From positions 8,466 through 72,465 of the forward strand of contig JBHLSH010000009.1 of NCBI GenBank assembly GCA_048881705.1: 64,000 nt of DNA, in the 5' to 3' direction. The first letter of the stretch is position 1; every line of letters begins with the position of its first letter. The position numbers and the translations under genes are program-made. Shown here in pieces: positions 29,270 to 39,896 of this stretch. The DNA is from Candidatus Heimdallarchaeota archaeon. GTDB lineage: Archaea > Asgardarchaeota > Heimdallarchaeia > Hodarchaeales > Hodarchaeaceae. The notes under the pieces were generated by a model. The model was not told the DNA's origin. It ran no database searches and saw only the letters and a program-made list of their open reading frames with translations.

Positions 29270-30331
29270 GTGGAAGAAATGAGTAAAACGAATACGCAAG
29301 GTAAAGATTTCACAGCAGATGACATTTCATTCGATATGTTGACCGAGGCCGACATTGCAAGAGCCTATCAGCAAATCATGGCTGAAATTCGGAAAGGGTA
29401 TATTGGAAGAACAGAAATTTTTGAAATGCTGTGGATCGCCATGTTGACAGGTAAACACGTTTACCTCGAAGGCGTACCTGGAATCGGCAAAACATATATG
29501 GCGAAAATTTTCTCGGAATGTTTGGGAACACAGTTTCAACGAATTCAATTCACCCCCGACATGCTCCCCTCCGATATTGTTGGAACGAATATATTTAATC
29601 CCAAAACAGGAACATTTAGGCTTAAAAAGGGTCCAATCTTTGCCAATGTCATATTAGCGGACGAAATCAATAGAGCTCCCCCTAAAACTCAATCTGCAAT
29701 GTTAGAAGCGATGGCTGAAAGTCAGGTCTCAATAGAAGGTGAAACACACAAACTGGAGCAACCTTTTGTCGTCATGGCAACCGCCAATCCCGTGGAGCAA
29801 GAAGGAACCTATCCCCTGCCGGAAGCTCAATTGGATAGGTTCATGATCAAGGTGATTATCCATCATTCATCTCCAGAAGATGAACTTAGAATTATCAATT
29901 TCAAGAATGAGCCCATCCCAGCCAAGATCAACCAAGTAGTCTCTCCTCAGACCATAGTTGCTATGATGGATGTTGTTAAACGTATTTATGTCTGTCCTGA
30001 AATTCTCGAGATGATTAGGGACATTACAGTGGCTACACGTACAGATCCGAGACTGATACTCGGTTGTTCCCCCCGTGGAAGCGAAAGTCTATTACTAGCT
30101 GGCAAAGCAAGGGCAGCCATACATGGTCGGGATTATGTGATACCTGATGATATCCTTCTAATGATACCTCATATCGTGCATCATAGATTAATCATGAAGC
30201 CAGAAGCAGAACTCGAAGGTATCTCTCAGATAAGGGTATCCGAAGATATACGCGATAGTCTCACTGTGCCTGTGGCGCCCGTAACAGAAGAAATGATCGT
30301 AGAAGAGTACATTGAGGAATATATGGAATAG
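29270..30331 (+). CDS. moxR: MoxR family AAA+ ATPase (MoxR proper)
   Basis: EGVPGIGKT, RIQFTPDMLPSD, LADEINRAPPKTQSA and YPLPEAQLDRF motifs. Confidence 0.96.
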   Translation: MEEMSKTNTQGKDFTADDISFDMLTEADIARAYQQIMAEIRKGYIGRTEIFEMLWIAMLTGKHVYLEGVPGIGKTYMAKIFSECLGTQFQRIQFTPDMLPSDIVGTNIFNPKTGTFRLKKGPIFANVILADEINRAPPKTQSAMLEAMAESQVSIEGETHKLEQPFVVMATANPVEQEGTYPLPEAQLDRFMIKVIIHHSSPEDELRIINFKNEPIPAKINQVVSPQTIVAMMDVVKRIYVCPEILEMIRDITVATRTDPRLILGCSPRGSESLLLAGKARAAIHGRDYVIPDDILLMIPHIVHHRLIMKPEAELEGISQIRVSEDIRDSLTVPVAPVTEEMIVEEYIEEYME

Positions 30332-30459
30332 AATATGATTAATTTCAGTTGACATCAATCAATTTCAATCATTCTTCCACCTGTGTACTTACTAACATAA
30401 AACAATTCGTAATGAGAAACTACCTAGAAGATCGAAGAACTTACAAGACGTGGTTTTGA

Positions 30460-31938
30460 ATGCTCTCATCACGTGGTGCTTTTATTGCAATTGGTGGCAT
30501 CCTACTCCTTTCAGTCGGCCTGAGCGCAAAAGGGGTCGGAACACTGACCACCATGGTACCTATAGTGTTTGGAGGACAGGGGTTAGTTCAAGGCGGAGGG
30601 CAGCCAACAGGGAATGCAACTTCCGCTTACCCTCCAGGTATGGAATTTCTCGAAGTATTTGAAATTCTAAACAGTTCTCCGATTGTAGATTATGGAATGT
30701 TTCTTGGAACTTTATTGATTTTGGCAAGCATTATCGGATTACCGTTCTTCCGTGCATCAGCCAATGCATCACTTATTCGGGTAACTAGAAGCATTGATCG
30801 TGAAAAAGCATTCGCCGGTGAATATGTACACGTGACGGTCAAAATTGAAAATACGGGTAGACGCCGCATGGATTTTTTAGAGATCTATGACGCGATTCCT
30901 GACATGTTCGAGATAGTGGTCGGAGAGAACTTTATTATAACCCAACTCTCTGGACATGAAACTAAAGAATTTTCTTATATCATAAAGGTGAGTACTAGAG
31001 GCGTTTACCGCATAGGCCCCACCAAAGTCATTATACATGATAGATTAGGTTTTTACTTCGAAGAGGACGTCCGACATTTCTACACGGAAGTTTTGTGTTA
31101 TCCTTCCTACGAGGACATCCGACGTATGGACGCCTTGAGCAAACGAAGGCAACAGGGTAAACTTTTCGGGGCTCATAAGACCAAACAGAAAGGGATGGGA
31201 GACGATTTTCATGCCCTAGCACGATATTACCCAGGAGCTCCATTTAAATCCTTGGATTGGAAAGCTTTCAGCCGAACGGGAGAGCTCATGGTAAGAGAAT
31301 TCGAAGCTGAGAAGAATATTAGAATTGTCGTATTCCTAGATCATAGTGGGAGTATGGGGGCAGGGATTCCTTTTAACACAAAATTAGACTTCGCTATTCG
31401 AGCAACAATGTTGGTCATGAAGATGGCAGAGGAGAGGCAAGATCTCTTCGGCATGATTACCTATGCGGACAGACCTACCTCTTACCTCCCGCCTAAAGGG
31501 GGCAAGGCGATGTTTTTCCAGCTATTAGAAATCCTTGCACTGGTGGAACCCCAAGGTCGCTCCGATCCTCTGGCCGCAGTCGACTTTGTGATGCAGAGGC
31601 TACCACGAGCATCTTTTTACGTGTTTCTTACTGATTTGGAATCTTCAGATTCCGAAATCTTCACCGAGGCGGCCAAACGGGCTAGATCCGCAAAAAACCG
31701 TATCACCGTAATCAGCCCTTTTGGACCCCTATTCGAGACCAAGTTGACAGATTTAACCCCGACAGAACGAGCTATGGCAGAGGCAATTTTCGAAGAATAT
31801 CTCGGTTACCGAAAGCAGGTTGAAGATGGTTTGCGAAGTTTAGGGGTAGAGATCATAAACGTGGGGCCTGACGACATGTTGCCAAATGTAATTAAAACCT
31901 ACATGAAAGCAAAACAGCAGCAAATAGGTTCGGTGTAA
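30460..31938 (+). CDS. DUF58 (vWA-containing) protein with N-terminal TM helices and Ig-like domain
   Basis: GDDFHALARY.PG...LDWK...GELMVREFE, and a DHSGSM MIDAS-like motif. Confidence 0.92.
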   Translation: MLSSRGAFIAIGGILLLSVGLSAKGVGTLTTMVPIVFGGQGLVQGGGQPTGNATSAYPPGMEFLEVFEILNSSPIVDYGMFLGTLLILASIIGLPFFRASANASLIRVTRSIDREKAFAGEYVHVTVKIENTGRRRMDFLEIYDAIPDMFEIVVGENFIITQLSGHETKEFSYIIKVSTRGVYRIGPTKVIIHDRLGFYFEEDVRHFYTEVLCYPSYEDIRRMDALSKRRQQGKLFGAHKTKQKGMGDDFHALARYYPGAPFKSLDWKAFSRTGELMVREFEAEKNIRIVVFLDHSGSMGAGIPFNTKLDFAIRATMLVMKMAEERQDLFGMITYADRPTSYLPPKGGKAMFFQLLEILALVEPQGRSDPLAAVDFVMQRLPRASFYVFLTDLESSDSEIFTEAAKRARSAKNRITVISPFGPLFETKLTDLTPTERAMAEAIFEEYLGYRKQVEDGLRSLGVEIINVGPDDMLPNVIKTYMKAKQQQIGSV

Positions 31939-31944
31939 CAAAAT

Positions 31945-33333
31945 ATGGAAGCAAACGAGCTAACGGCCAATATCTTCCGCAGTATCTACTTCGCATTGTT
32001 TTGTTTTTCGGCAATTTTGGTTTTCTTTTCTATAGATCCATCGATGTTTGATTTCAGCAACGTTTTTGGAATTCTTGAATGGCTCGCGCTCCTGGTCCAA
32101 TCTGCAGTATGGGCAACGGGGTTCATTGCCCTATCCATTGTGAATGCATTCCTGGCACTAAAATCTCAGATCCCAATTCTCGGCAGTTTACCTCTCATTG
32201 GGGATCCGAATTATGCAGATCTCCAATATACCCAGGCCTATAGTACAATCATAGATGGTATTTTCAGCCCTGCCAACTATTTTTTTCCCCATTCGAATAT
32301 TGATATCTCTGATCCCGCGGTTATAGGTGCAGTCATCGAAGATTTCCTTAATTTTGTGGGGGCGACAACGATTTTGATCCTGTTACCAATCGCACTCCTC
32401 TCAGGCCTAGGTTTCCTCCGAGAAGGGGACACTAAACTTGCGATTTATTCCTTCCTCGGATTCCAGCTAATTGTCATTGTTGCGATCTTCACTCAAAATG
32501 CTTTGATATCAACAGAAATCAATACTTCAGGCCTCATTGAGATGATCCTAAGCCCCGTTTTCACCTTGGGATTTCTTCTCTATCTCTTACTAGAAGTAGC
32601 CTTCCAAACATCGTACACTCTAAATATTCTTGGACCTATGACAGAGCGTGAGAAACGTATCCAAGAACACCTCAGGCGAATTCGAACCTTTGTTCCCACT
32701 AGCGGAGATGTTGAAACTCAGGATGAACAGACATTTCAAGGTACACAGTCCAAAAAATTCGGTCTCTTGGCTGCCAGCTATCTCCGAGAAATGGTAGAGC
32801 GACGTGTATTTAGAGAAAGAGAAGTCGTACAAGACGCAAAAAGTATGATGCGTCTTCAGTCATATTTGGCTTCGCTATCACAAAGCGACCCGCAAACTGA
32901 TTTGAAACTTGCAGCAAAAACCGCTCAACCGACTGGATCCGCATTATTGAGACATTTTGCTCCTGCAATGTTGTTTCGATTGGTGAGTGTGGTCTTACTC
33001 TCTTATTTCATCATAGCACCTGAAGGTATCTTGAATCTCTTTATTGGTTTCTCTTTTCCAGCTCTTTTGGATAGTCTAGAGTTATCTCAGCCTGAATTTC
33101 GTACTATCGCCATCTTAAATGTGGCACTCTTGGTAATTCTCATTTCCGCCGTTCTTCATTATGCTACAACTAGTAAACGAACAAAAGCTATGCTTCTACG
33201 TGTGGTACAGCAGATTGATACCTTAGTCGATTTTGATAGGGGGCCGAGTCCGACTACGGTGGCGGACGAGGGGATAGAGCCAGATGAAACTGTAGAAGAA
33301 CAGCCTATTGATGAGGAAGAAGAGATTTCATAA
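31945..33333 (+). CDS. Polytopic membrane protein of the MoxR operon
   Basis: Multiple TM helices, a cytoplasmic helical insert and an acidic C-terminal tail; tight spacing to its neighbours. Confidence 0.8.
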   Translation: MEANELTANIFRSIYFALFCFSAILVFFSIDPSMFDFSNVFGILEWLALLVQSAVWATGFIALSIVNAFLALKSQIPILGSLPLIGDPNYADLQYTQAYSTIIDGIFSPANYFFPHSNIDISDPAVIGAVIEDFLNFVGATTILILLPIALLSGLGFLREGDTKLAIYSFLGFQLIVIVAIFTQNALISTEINTSGLIEMILSPVFTLGFLLYLLLEVAFQTSYTLNILGPMTEREKRIQEHLRRIRTFVPTSGDVETQDEQTFQGTQSKKFGLLAASYLREMVERRVFREREVVQDAKSMMRLQSYLASLSQSDPQTDLKLAAKTAQPTGSALLRHFAPAMLFRLVSVVLLSYFIIAPEGILNLFIGFSFPALLDSLELSQPEFRTIAILNVALLVILISAVLHYATTSKRTKAMLLRVVQQIDTLVDFDRGPSPTTVADEGIEPDETVEEQPIDEEEEIS

Positions 33334-33362
33334 ACCCGTAATGAACACGAGATGATAGTCCC

Positions 33363-33896
33363 ATGGTGAAACTTGACCCAGAATCGATTCAAGCCCGAAA
33401 GCAATTAATGGATGAAATCAAGGATTACGGGGACTACCAAAAGCTCAATGATCGTAATGAGACCGATTCAGCAGTTCGTTTCTACCTTGAGAATCGTCTA
33501 TCTATCTGTTCAGACGAAGTTAAAAAAATCCAAGAAGCTGCATTGATGAGCCAAATGATTACAACATGGTCCGATTTGGATCGTCTCATAGCAAGCTTTT
33601 CAGATCTAAGATTGTTAGTCCAAAAAACGAGCTACGGGATCAGTACCTTTTTTGATAGCCTTGTCATAAAAGAATTCGATCTCAGCTATATGTACACCTT
33701 AGAAAAAACCGTTTTGGACATAATAACAAGGTTAGATGAGAAAATTGAGCAGTTTAGTGAAGCCATTGAGAGTGGAATGCTTTCAGACAGCAGTAGACTG
33801 ACTAATGAGATCCTTGAAGACTTATCAGCGGTTAGAGACGCGTGGGAAGAGCGTCGAAAGTTAATAGAAGAATTTCAAAAGTTGGGCCTGGTTTAA
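33363..33896 (+). CDS. Hypothetical all-helical protein
   Basis: 177-aa amphipathic helical ORF ending the operon. Confidence 0.75.
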   Translation: MVKLDPESIQARKQLMDEIKDYGDYQKLNDRNETDSAVRFYLENRLSICSDEVKKIQEAALMSQMITTWSDLDRLIASFSDLRLLVQKTSYGISTFFDSLVIKEFDLSYMYTLEKTVLDIITRLDEKIEQFSEAIESGMLSDSSRLTNEILEDLSAVRDAWEERRKLIEEFQKLGLV

Positions 33897-34154
33897 ACTA
33901 GATCTCAATCTCATATTCACAATTCTACTTCAATATTTCCTGTTCATCCTTCTTCCAATGAATCTGGATCAACAGTTTCGTTGGGTGAGGCAATGAACGA
34001 CATTCTCATCCCCTAGCTCCATAGATACAATCCAATTACATCAAAAAACCGATTGCTTTTTTATCTGATAATGTAATTTTTTTCACGCTTATGCTTGCTT
34101 TTGAAATTCTGCTTACCTACTTGAACTTCATCGAGGACTCTAATAACAGTCAAA

Positions 34155-36200
34155 TTGGGTGATTTTATGACAGAAATGACAACAACTGAGTTAGAAAAGT
34201 CGAAAAAATACTATCCGCAGCCCAATCTAGCAGAGAAAAGCCGAACTCCTGATATGGATGCCTATTTTTTCAAATGGAAGGAATCCGTTGAAAAACCTGA
34301 GCAATTTTGGGCGGAAGAGGCCAAAAAGATCGACTGGTTTACACCCTATAATCAAGTGTGGGTCCCCCCTATAGAAGGGAAAACCGATTTTGTTGGCCAA
34401 TGGTATGTAGGAGGGAAACTGAATGTCACCTTTAATTGTCTTGATCGCTGGGTTGAACGAGGATATGGAAATGAAACTGCCCTCATATGGATGGGCGAAG
34501 ATGACGCGGTAAAGAAATATACTTACCAATCACTGCTTGTAGAAGTCAACAAAGCTGCCAACGCCTTGAAAAGTCTTGGAGTCAAAAAAGGCGATCGGGT
34601 TTGTGTTTGGTTACCCATGATTGACGCGTTAGCGATTGTAATGCTTGCTTGTGCACGAATAGGGGCTATTCATTCAATTGTTTTTGGTGGTTTTTCAGCT
34701 GAGTCCGTAAAGGATCGAATTGATGACTCAAATTGTAAAATTTTGGTGACTGCTGACGAAATAAGACGTGCTGGCAAGAACAGACCCATGAAAAACAATC
34801 TAAGAGGTATCATTGAAACCTGTCCGTCTATCAAACATGTAGCAGTCATTAAACTCACTGGGGGCGAGGTTTATGAGTCCGAAAAAGATGTAGATTTTTT
34901 AATGTTAATGAAAGAACAATCTCCGACGTGTGAACCCGAAATAATGGATGCAGAGGATCCTCTTTTCATTTTATATACAAGTGGAACCACCGGTAAACCC
35001 AAAGGGGTCGTACATACACAAGCCGGATATTTAGTCTATGGCGTGACCACCAATTATTACGTGTGGGATTACTCATGCTTACTTGATCTCAAGGGGGACA
35101 CTCCCGCAACACGAGACGTATGGTATTGTACTGCTGATATTGGCTGGATTACTGGTCACACCCAAATCGTCTATGCCCCGTTAAGTCTAGGCGCCATCAC
35201 CATCATGTACGAGGGTGTTCCTACCTGGCCGCATAACGGACGCTTCTGGGAAATTTGCGAAAAGTTTGGGGTGACCCATTTCTACACCGCACCTACTGCC
35301 ATTCGAGCATTGAAGAAATTCGGGGATGAACACGTTACAAAGTGGGATCTTTCAAAATTAAAAATGTTAGGTACCGTGGGAGAAGTATGTAACTGGCCTG
35401 AATGGCGGTGGTACTGGGAGGTGGTGGGAAGGGGGACATTAGGTGACAAACCCCAAGGAAGACCCATTGTAGATAGTTATTGGCAGACTGAAACTGGGAG
35501 CTATATGATGGTGAATTTTGGGGCAGTGACTCCCATGAAGCCAGGAAGCTGTACTTTCCCTATGTACGGGATTAATCCAGTGCTCTTGGATGATGATGGG
35601 CAAAGGGTCACCAAACCGAATACACAGGCGTATTTTGCCTATGATCAAAGCTGGCCTGGGCTAATGCGCACCGTGTGGGGAAATCATCCTCGCTTTGTGA
35701 ATACATATTTGTCACAGTTCGAAGGGCATTACTTCACGGGTGATTATGCGCTGATTGACAATGAGGGCTATTATTTCATTCTAGGACGGTCAGACGACGT
35801 GATCAAGGTCTCGGGACATCGACTAGGTTCTGCAGAAGTTGAATCCGCTATAAATTCCCATCCAAAGGTTGCTGAAAGCGCGGTCATTCCTTATCCACAT
35901 CCTGTAAAAGGATCCACAATTTTTGCATATGTAACGGTGATGTCAGGTGTGGAACCGAGCGAGGATCTCAAAAAAGAGATTCAAGCACACGTCAGATCCG
36001 TAGCAGGACCTGCAGTCTATCCTGAGATTATTATGTTTGCAGATGCAGTTCCTAAAACTCGCTCGGGAAAAATTATGCGTCGAATTCTCAAAGCTGTTGC
36101 CACCCAAAGAGACATCGGGAATGTTATGACCTTGGCCAATCCTGAAGTTGTGGACGAGCTAATCAATAGACGAAAGATGATGGGAGAAATTATGTTTTAA
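34155..36200 (+). CDS. acs: Acetyl-CoA synthetase (AMP-forming)
   Basis: YTSGTTGKPKG, WQTETG, GRSDDVIKVSGHRLG and PKTRSGKIMRR motifs. Confidence 0.95.
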   Translation: MGDFMTEMTTTELEKSKKYYPQPNLAEKSRTPDMDAYFFKWKESVEKPEQFWAEEAKKIDWFTPYNQVWVPPIEGKTDFVGQWYVGGKLNVTFNCLDRWVERGYGNETALIWMGEDDAVKKYTYQSLLVEVNKAANALKSLGVKKGDRVCVWLPMIDALAIVMLACARIGAIHSIVFGGFSAESVKDRIDDSNCKILVTADEIRRAGKNRPMKNNLRGIIETCPSIKHVAVIKLTGGEVYESEKDVDFLMLMKEQSPTCEPEIMDAEDPLFILYTSGTTGKPKGVVHTQAGYLVYGVTTNYYVWDYSCLLDLKGDTPATRDVWYCTADIGWITGHTQIVYAPLSLGAITIMYEGVPTWPHNGRFWEICEKFGVTHFYTAPTAIRALKKFGDEHVTKWDLSKLKMLGTVGEVCNWPEWRWYWEVVGRGTLGDKPQGRPIVDSYWQTETGSYMMVNFGAVTPMKPGSCTFPMYGINPVLLDDDGQRVTKPNTQAYFAYDQSWPGLMRTVWGNHPRFVNTYLSQFEGHYFTGDYALIDNEGYYFILGRSDDVIKVSGHRLGSAEVESAINSHPKVAESAVIPYPHPVKGSTIFAYVTVMSGVEPSEDLKKEIQAHVRSVAGPAVYPEIIMFADAVPKTRSGKIMRRILKAVATQRDIGNVMTLANPEVVDELINRRKMMGEIMF

Positions 36201-36228
36201 CCTTCCACGCCTTTTCCTACCTTCTTTT

Positions 36229-36552
36229 TTAATCAGAGACAACCTGGGGATCTATTCCTAGACTTTCTTTTATCATGGCAAGTATCTGTTCTTCTTTAAT
36301 GTTTCTTAATCTGAGAACTTTCTTGGAGCTTTTATGTCCAGTTTCTAGGATCGTTTCGGTTTTGAAATGCTTGCGGAACAATTTCAGGATTTGTTTGTTC
36401 GCTCTTCCTTGAATGGGCGGAGATGTGACTCGGATTAGAAACTGATTCGGGCTAACTACGAGTTCATCTTTATGTTGCCTAGTCTTTACATGAACAGTGA
36501 CCAGAAAATCTCCTGTATCGACATCCAATTTCAGCCAAGGGAACTTTTGCAT
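36229..36552 (-). CDS. DUF167/UPF0235 (YggU-like) protein
   Basis: VTSPPIQGRANKQI...ILETGHKSSKK; start reassigned to the ATG at 36552. Confidence 0.85.
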   Translation of the reverse strand: MQKFPWLKLDVDTGDFLVTVHVKTRQHKDELVVSPNQFLIRVTSPPIQGRANKQILKLFRKHFKTETILETGHKSSKKVLRLRNIKEEQILAMIKESLGIDPQVVSD

Positions 36553-38507
36553 CTCGCACCGTCCTGGGTGATTTCTTCGACTGAAGAAAAGGGAGTTCGC
36601 TGAAGTGAGAAGCGAGTCTCGATTAACCTCTGTGCATCCAGTAGCGAAAGGTTTTCTTCCATCCAAATGAAATTCAAGAAATAACGTGCTAGATTGCTGG
36701 GCCATAAACTTTCTTGATAGGATGTCCCCAGTGCGAGGGAAATACGTTGCTTGAAACGGTTAACGTACTGTTCCGATGATTTCCGTCCAACTTCCTTAAT
36801 AATCTCAACGGGGGATTTCGAGGTCCAAATGATTTCAAATTGATGCTGGATCGAGTCCACTACAAACCCGTAAATTACCCCTGTCTGATCATTCGTGACA
36901 AAAGGTTTACCAATTAGATAACGGAAGGTTTCAGGGATGCTCGTGAAATAAACCCCGACCTTAGCATGAATTTTATCCCCAAAATTAAACGCAGCTGAAG
37001 GTAAAACCGAAAAATATGAAGCCGCTAGTTCGTGAGGAGAGATGAGAAGCCGCTCTTTTGTATTCATAGTCCATAAGCTAGCTGGTGAAAAAGCCTCCCC
37101 TTCGCCAATGCTTAGTTCTTTGGCTACGTGAAATCGGAGTGCAGCTAGATTTTGGATACCTAATCCCTCCAAAAAAAGGGTTAGGATAAAGGAGGGGGGA
37201 ACATCGCGTTTGATAAGAAGAGCCTGCCCAAAGGGAGTACCTGACATGAGCCCAGAAATCTTTCCAAAATGAGACCCTCCCATACCAGTGATGTCTTGAT
37301 CCATAACTTGACCTACATCGGTAATTATGGGGTTACCTGGGGCGGGAATCCACACTGGAACTCGGAGCTGTGTAAGTGCGCCCTCATCAATGGTTACTCC
37401 ATTAGCGGAATGTTCCGTCACCCCTGGTATTGTTATAAAATTTACCTGGTTTAAATGAGGTTTAACTGGAGTAACATAACCCCCGATGGAGTGTAACCAA
37501 TTATTAAAGAATGATGGTTGGAGAGCTAAAGTTCTAGGAATCCCTAACGCTTTAGCAATAGTAGTTTTGATTTGTTCGGTCGTAACTTTTTTCAGGTCAA
37601 GTTTTGCTTGTTTCAGGATCTTTTGGTAACGCTGTTTTAAAATTGCAATTGAGATTGGCTCTTCTTTAACGATCGGAAGAAAGGTTGTATCATCTACGAT
37701 AATGGGGGGACGAAAAACACCCAGAGGATTACCTGTTGTATCAATAGCTACCTTACCCACAACATCCCAAGGATTCGAGTCTGGAGTTGAAATAGGCCTC
37801 ATCTGAACTTCAATTGGATTTGGTGGGTTTACTGCAGAGATATCCTCCACAGGGGAAGCAGAAAGGTTATCGCTAACCTGACCTAGAGGTTGAATAAGAT
37901 CCCCCAAATTTAATGTATCTACCTGCTCATCACCGAGTGGAGAGATGAGCCTACTAATTATATCTCTTTCTACATCTTCCATGGGGGCTGAGGGTATTGT
38001 AGGAGTAGGAAATTCATCTTTCCTGCTGGAATCGGCCCATTTTTCCCACACTTTTGAAAATTTTGATATTATTCGTGATGTCGATTCCTTTACATCGGAC
38101 TGTGGTAAATCAGGGAACAATGTATCTAAATTGAGCCTATTGTTTTCTTCTAGACCTTTAAGTCGGGCGATCAACATTGGGATATGAGTATGTAGCTTTT
38201 CCTCTCTTTTCTCAAGTTTTTCGCGTTCTTTGACGAGCTCTGAAATCACATGTCTTGCTTCTGCTTTGGTCGATCTACCGGCATCCCATGACAAGGCGGC
38301 TTGTTTTGTTTTGACTTCATTAATCTGAAGCGCATTTTTAACTTGATGTAAGGTCTCTTCGATATAAATCAGCTGAATCATATCAAGAAGGGGCGCAGGA
38401 GAGTACGCGTTTACTTGCGATGCTTTTTTGAGGCCATTAAGCGCATTAAGGAGCTGATTCTCATCTATTAGATCTTGATTCCTAAGGGCAAAGAGGAAAT
38501 TTTTCAA
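36531..38507 (-). CDS. Coiled-coil protein with three diverged PRC-barrel-like repeats
   Basis: N-terminal coiled coil and a Pro-rich linker; three repeats starting VGKVAIDTTGNPLG / MDQDITGMGGSHFG / IGKPFVTNDQTG, each with an IAKALGI-like helical insert. Confidence 0.6.
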   Translation of the reverse strand: MKNFLFALRNQDLIDENQLLNALNGLKKASQVNAYSPAPLLDMIQLIYIEETLHQVKNALQINEVKTKQAALSWDAGRSTKAEARHVISELVKEREKLEKREEKLHTHIPMLIARLKGLEENNRLNLDTLFPDLPQSDVKESTSRIISKFSKVWEKWADSSRKDEFPTPTIPSAPMEDVERDIISRLISPLGDEQVDTLNLGDLIQPLGQVSDNLSASPVEDISAVNPPNPIEVQMRPISTPDSNPWDVVGKVAIDTTGNPLGVFRPPIIVDDTTFLPIVKEEPISIAILKQRYQKILKQAKLDLKKVTTEQIKTTIAKALGIPRTLALQPSFFNNWLHSIGGYVTPVKPHLNQVNFITIPGVTEHSANGVTIDEGALTQLRVPVWIPAPGNPIITDVGQVMDQDITGMGGSHFGKISGLMSGTPFGQALLIKRDVPPSFILTLFLEGLGIQNLAALRFHVAKELSIGEGEAFSPASLWTMNTKERLLISPHELAASYFSVLPSAAFNFGDKIHAKVGVYFTSIPETFRYLIGKPFVTNDQTGVIYGFVVDSIQHQFEIIWTSKSPVEIIKEVGRKSSEQYVNRFKQRISLALGTSYQESLWPSNLARYFLNFIWMEENLSLLDAQRLIETRFSLQRTPFSSVEEITQDGARCKSSLG

Positions 38508-38621
38508 GGAACTAAAAGCAAGCTCCTCCGATTTGGCCTGGGTATCTTTATTAAAACAAAATAATGATGTTTATTAAAAAATTACCTGAATACTTGACTT
38601 TCCGTTATTGATACTGATTCC

Positions 38622-39647
38622 TTATTCTTCTTCAGAGGTTTCTTGGCGATTTTCATTCAGTGATTCGGGAATTTCAAAATCAAAAGGCGGTTGGGTAGTT
38701 ATAATCACTCCATCGTTTTCCGTGATGACGAAAGTATGTTCATATTGGGCAACATAACTTCCTTTTTCATCGGCCAATGGGGGGTATGCCAAAGCGCCTC
38801 CCGCGCTCAAAAGCTCCCGGAGGGCAAAACGTACCCGTGCTTGATTAAATCCGTCATAAGAAGATAACCAGCGTTCCGCAAAGGGGAGAGATTTGTAATT
38901 CCTGTAAATTGCTGAATATATCTTTCGAGAAACAGGATTCCTGAGGGCTACTCGTCGAGGTAATAACATGTAGATATATTTTGTACCAGATACCTCGTGG
39001 ACACTCCCCGTTCCTGTTGAAGCGAAAGTTTCAAATGCGTAGGCTTCTCCGACTTCCAATGCGCTTTCGGCCGGGTCAAAGGTCTGCCCAATATTGGGTA
39101 ACCTTTTATCACCATGGAGTTCAAACCGACCCAATTTATGCCCAGATAACTCACGTAATGGTTTGTACCCATATCCATTAATCGTTTCTTCCACTCGTTT
39201 TCCAATCATTGAGGGCATAGTACCTGGATTAATAATTTCCATTCCAGCCTTAAAACCTTCCTTTGCTGCATCTTTTAGGTTCTTATGCTCAGTTGACAGG
39301 TCAACCGAAAGTGCAGTATCCGCAATATACCCATTAACATGCACACCAACGTCGAATTTCACAATGCCATCATCTGGAATGATTGTCTGATCTCCAAATG
39401 GTGAAGAGTAGTGAGCAGCCAAATGATTGATCGAAACATTAGTTGGAAATCCATGTCCATCTGCCCCTTTTTCGAGGATCATCTTCTCAGCACTCTCACA
39501 GATCTCAATAACCGAAGTTCCAGGTTTAATCATCTTAACAACGTTATGTAATACTTCATAACCAATTTGTCCAGCTTTTCGGTAGTAATAGATCCTTTCT
39601 TCGTTAGAGATCCCCTCTTCCGATGTCCAGTCACTCAATTTCGTCAC
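38622..39647 (-). CDS. map: Methionine aminopeptidase type II
   Basis: FPTNVSIN..AAHY, FDVGVHVNGYIADTA, LSGH and QYEHT motifs. Confidence 0.96.
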   Translation of the reverse strand: MTKLSDWTSEEGISNEERIYYYRKAGQIGYEVLHNVVKMIKPGTSVIEICESAEKMILEKGADGHGFPTNVSINHLAAHYSSPFGDQTIIPDDGIVKFDVGVHVNGYIADTALSVDLSTEHKNLKDAAKEGFKAGMEIINPGTMPSMIGKRVEETINGYGYKPLRELSGHKLGRFELHGDKRLPNIGQTFDPAESALEVGEAYAFETFASTGTGSVHEVSGTKYIYMLLPRRVALRNPVSRKIYSAIYRNYKSLPFAERWLSSYDGFNQARVRFALRELLSAGGALAYPPLADEKGSYVAQYEHTFVITENDGVIITTQPPFDFEIPESLNENRQETSEEE

Positions 39648-39896
39648 CTTTTACTTTTTTTTCACTCTTTAATGCCAATCGTTTGGAAAGATTCTATTTT
39701 ATGCAAGGAAGTAGAATGAAGAGGAAAAGATCCCTCTTAAGGTCGAGATGCATACTATTGCTCGTAATACATGCATAGAACCGCTGTTTGGGCATTCTGT
39801 GAGTCAACTAAAAACCTTTATTTCTCGGATTCAATGGGAGTATCATAAAGTTTAAGCATCGGTATTAGGTGAAAATGCCGATTTCATTGGAGTTAT

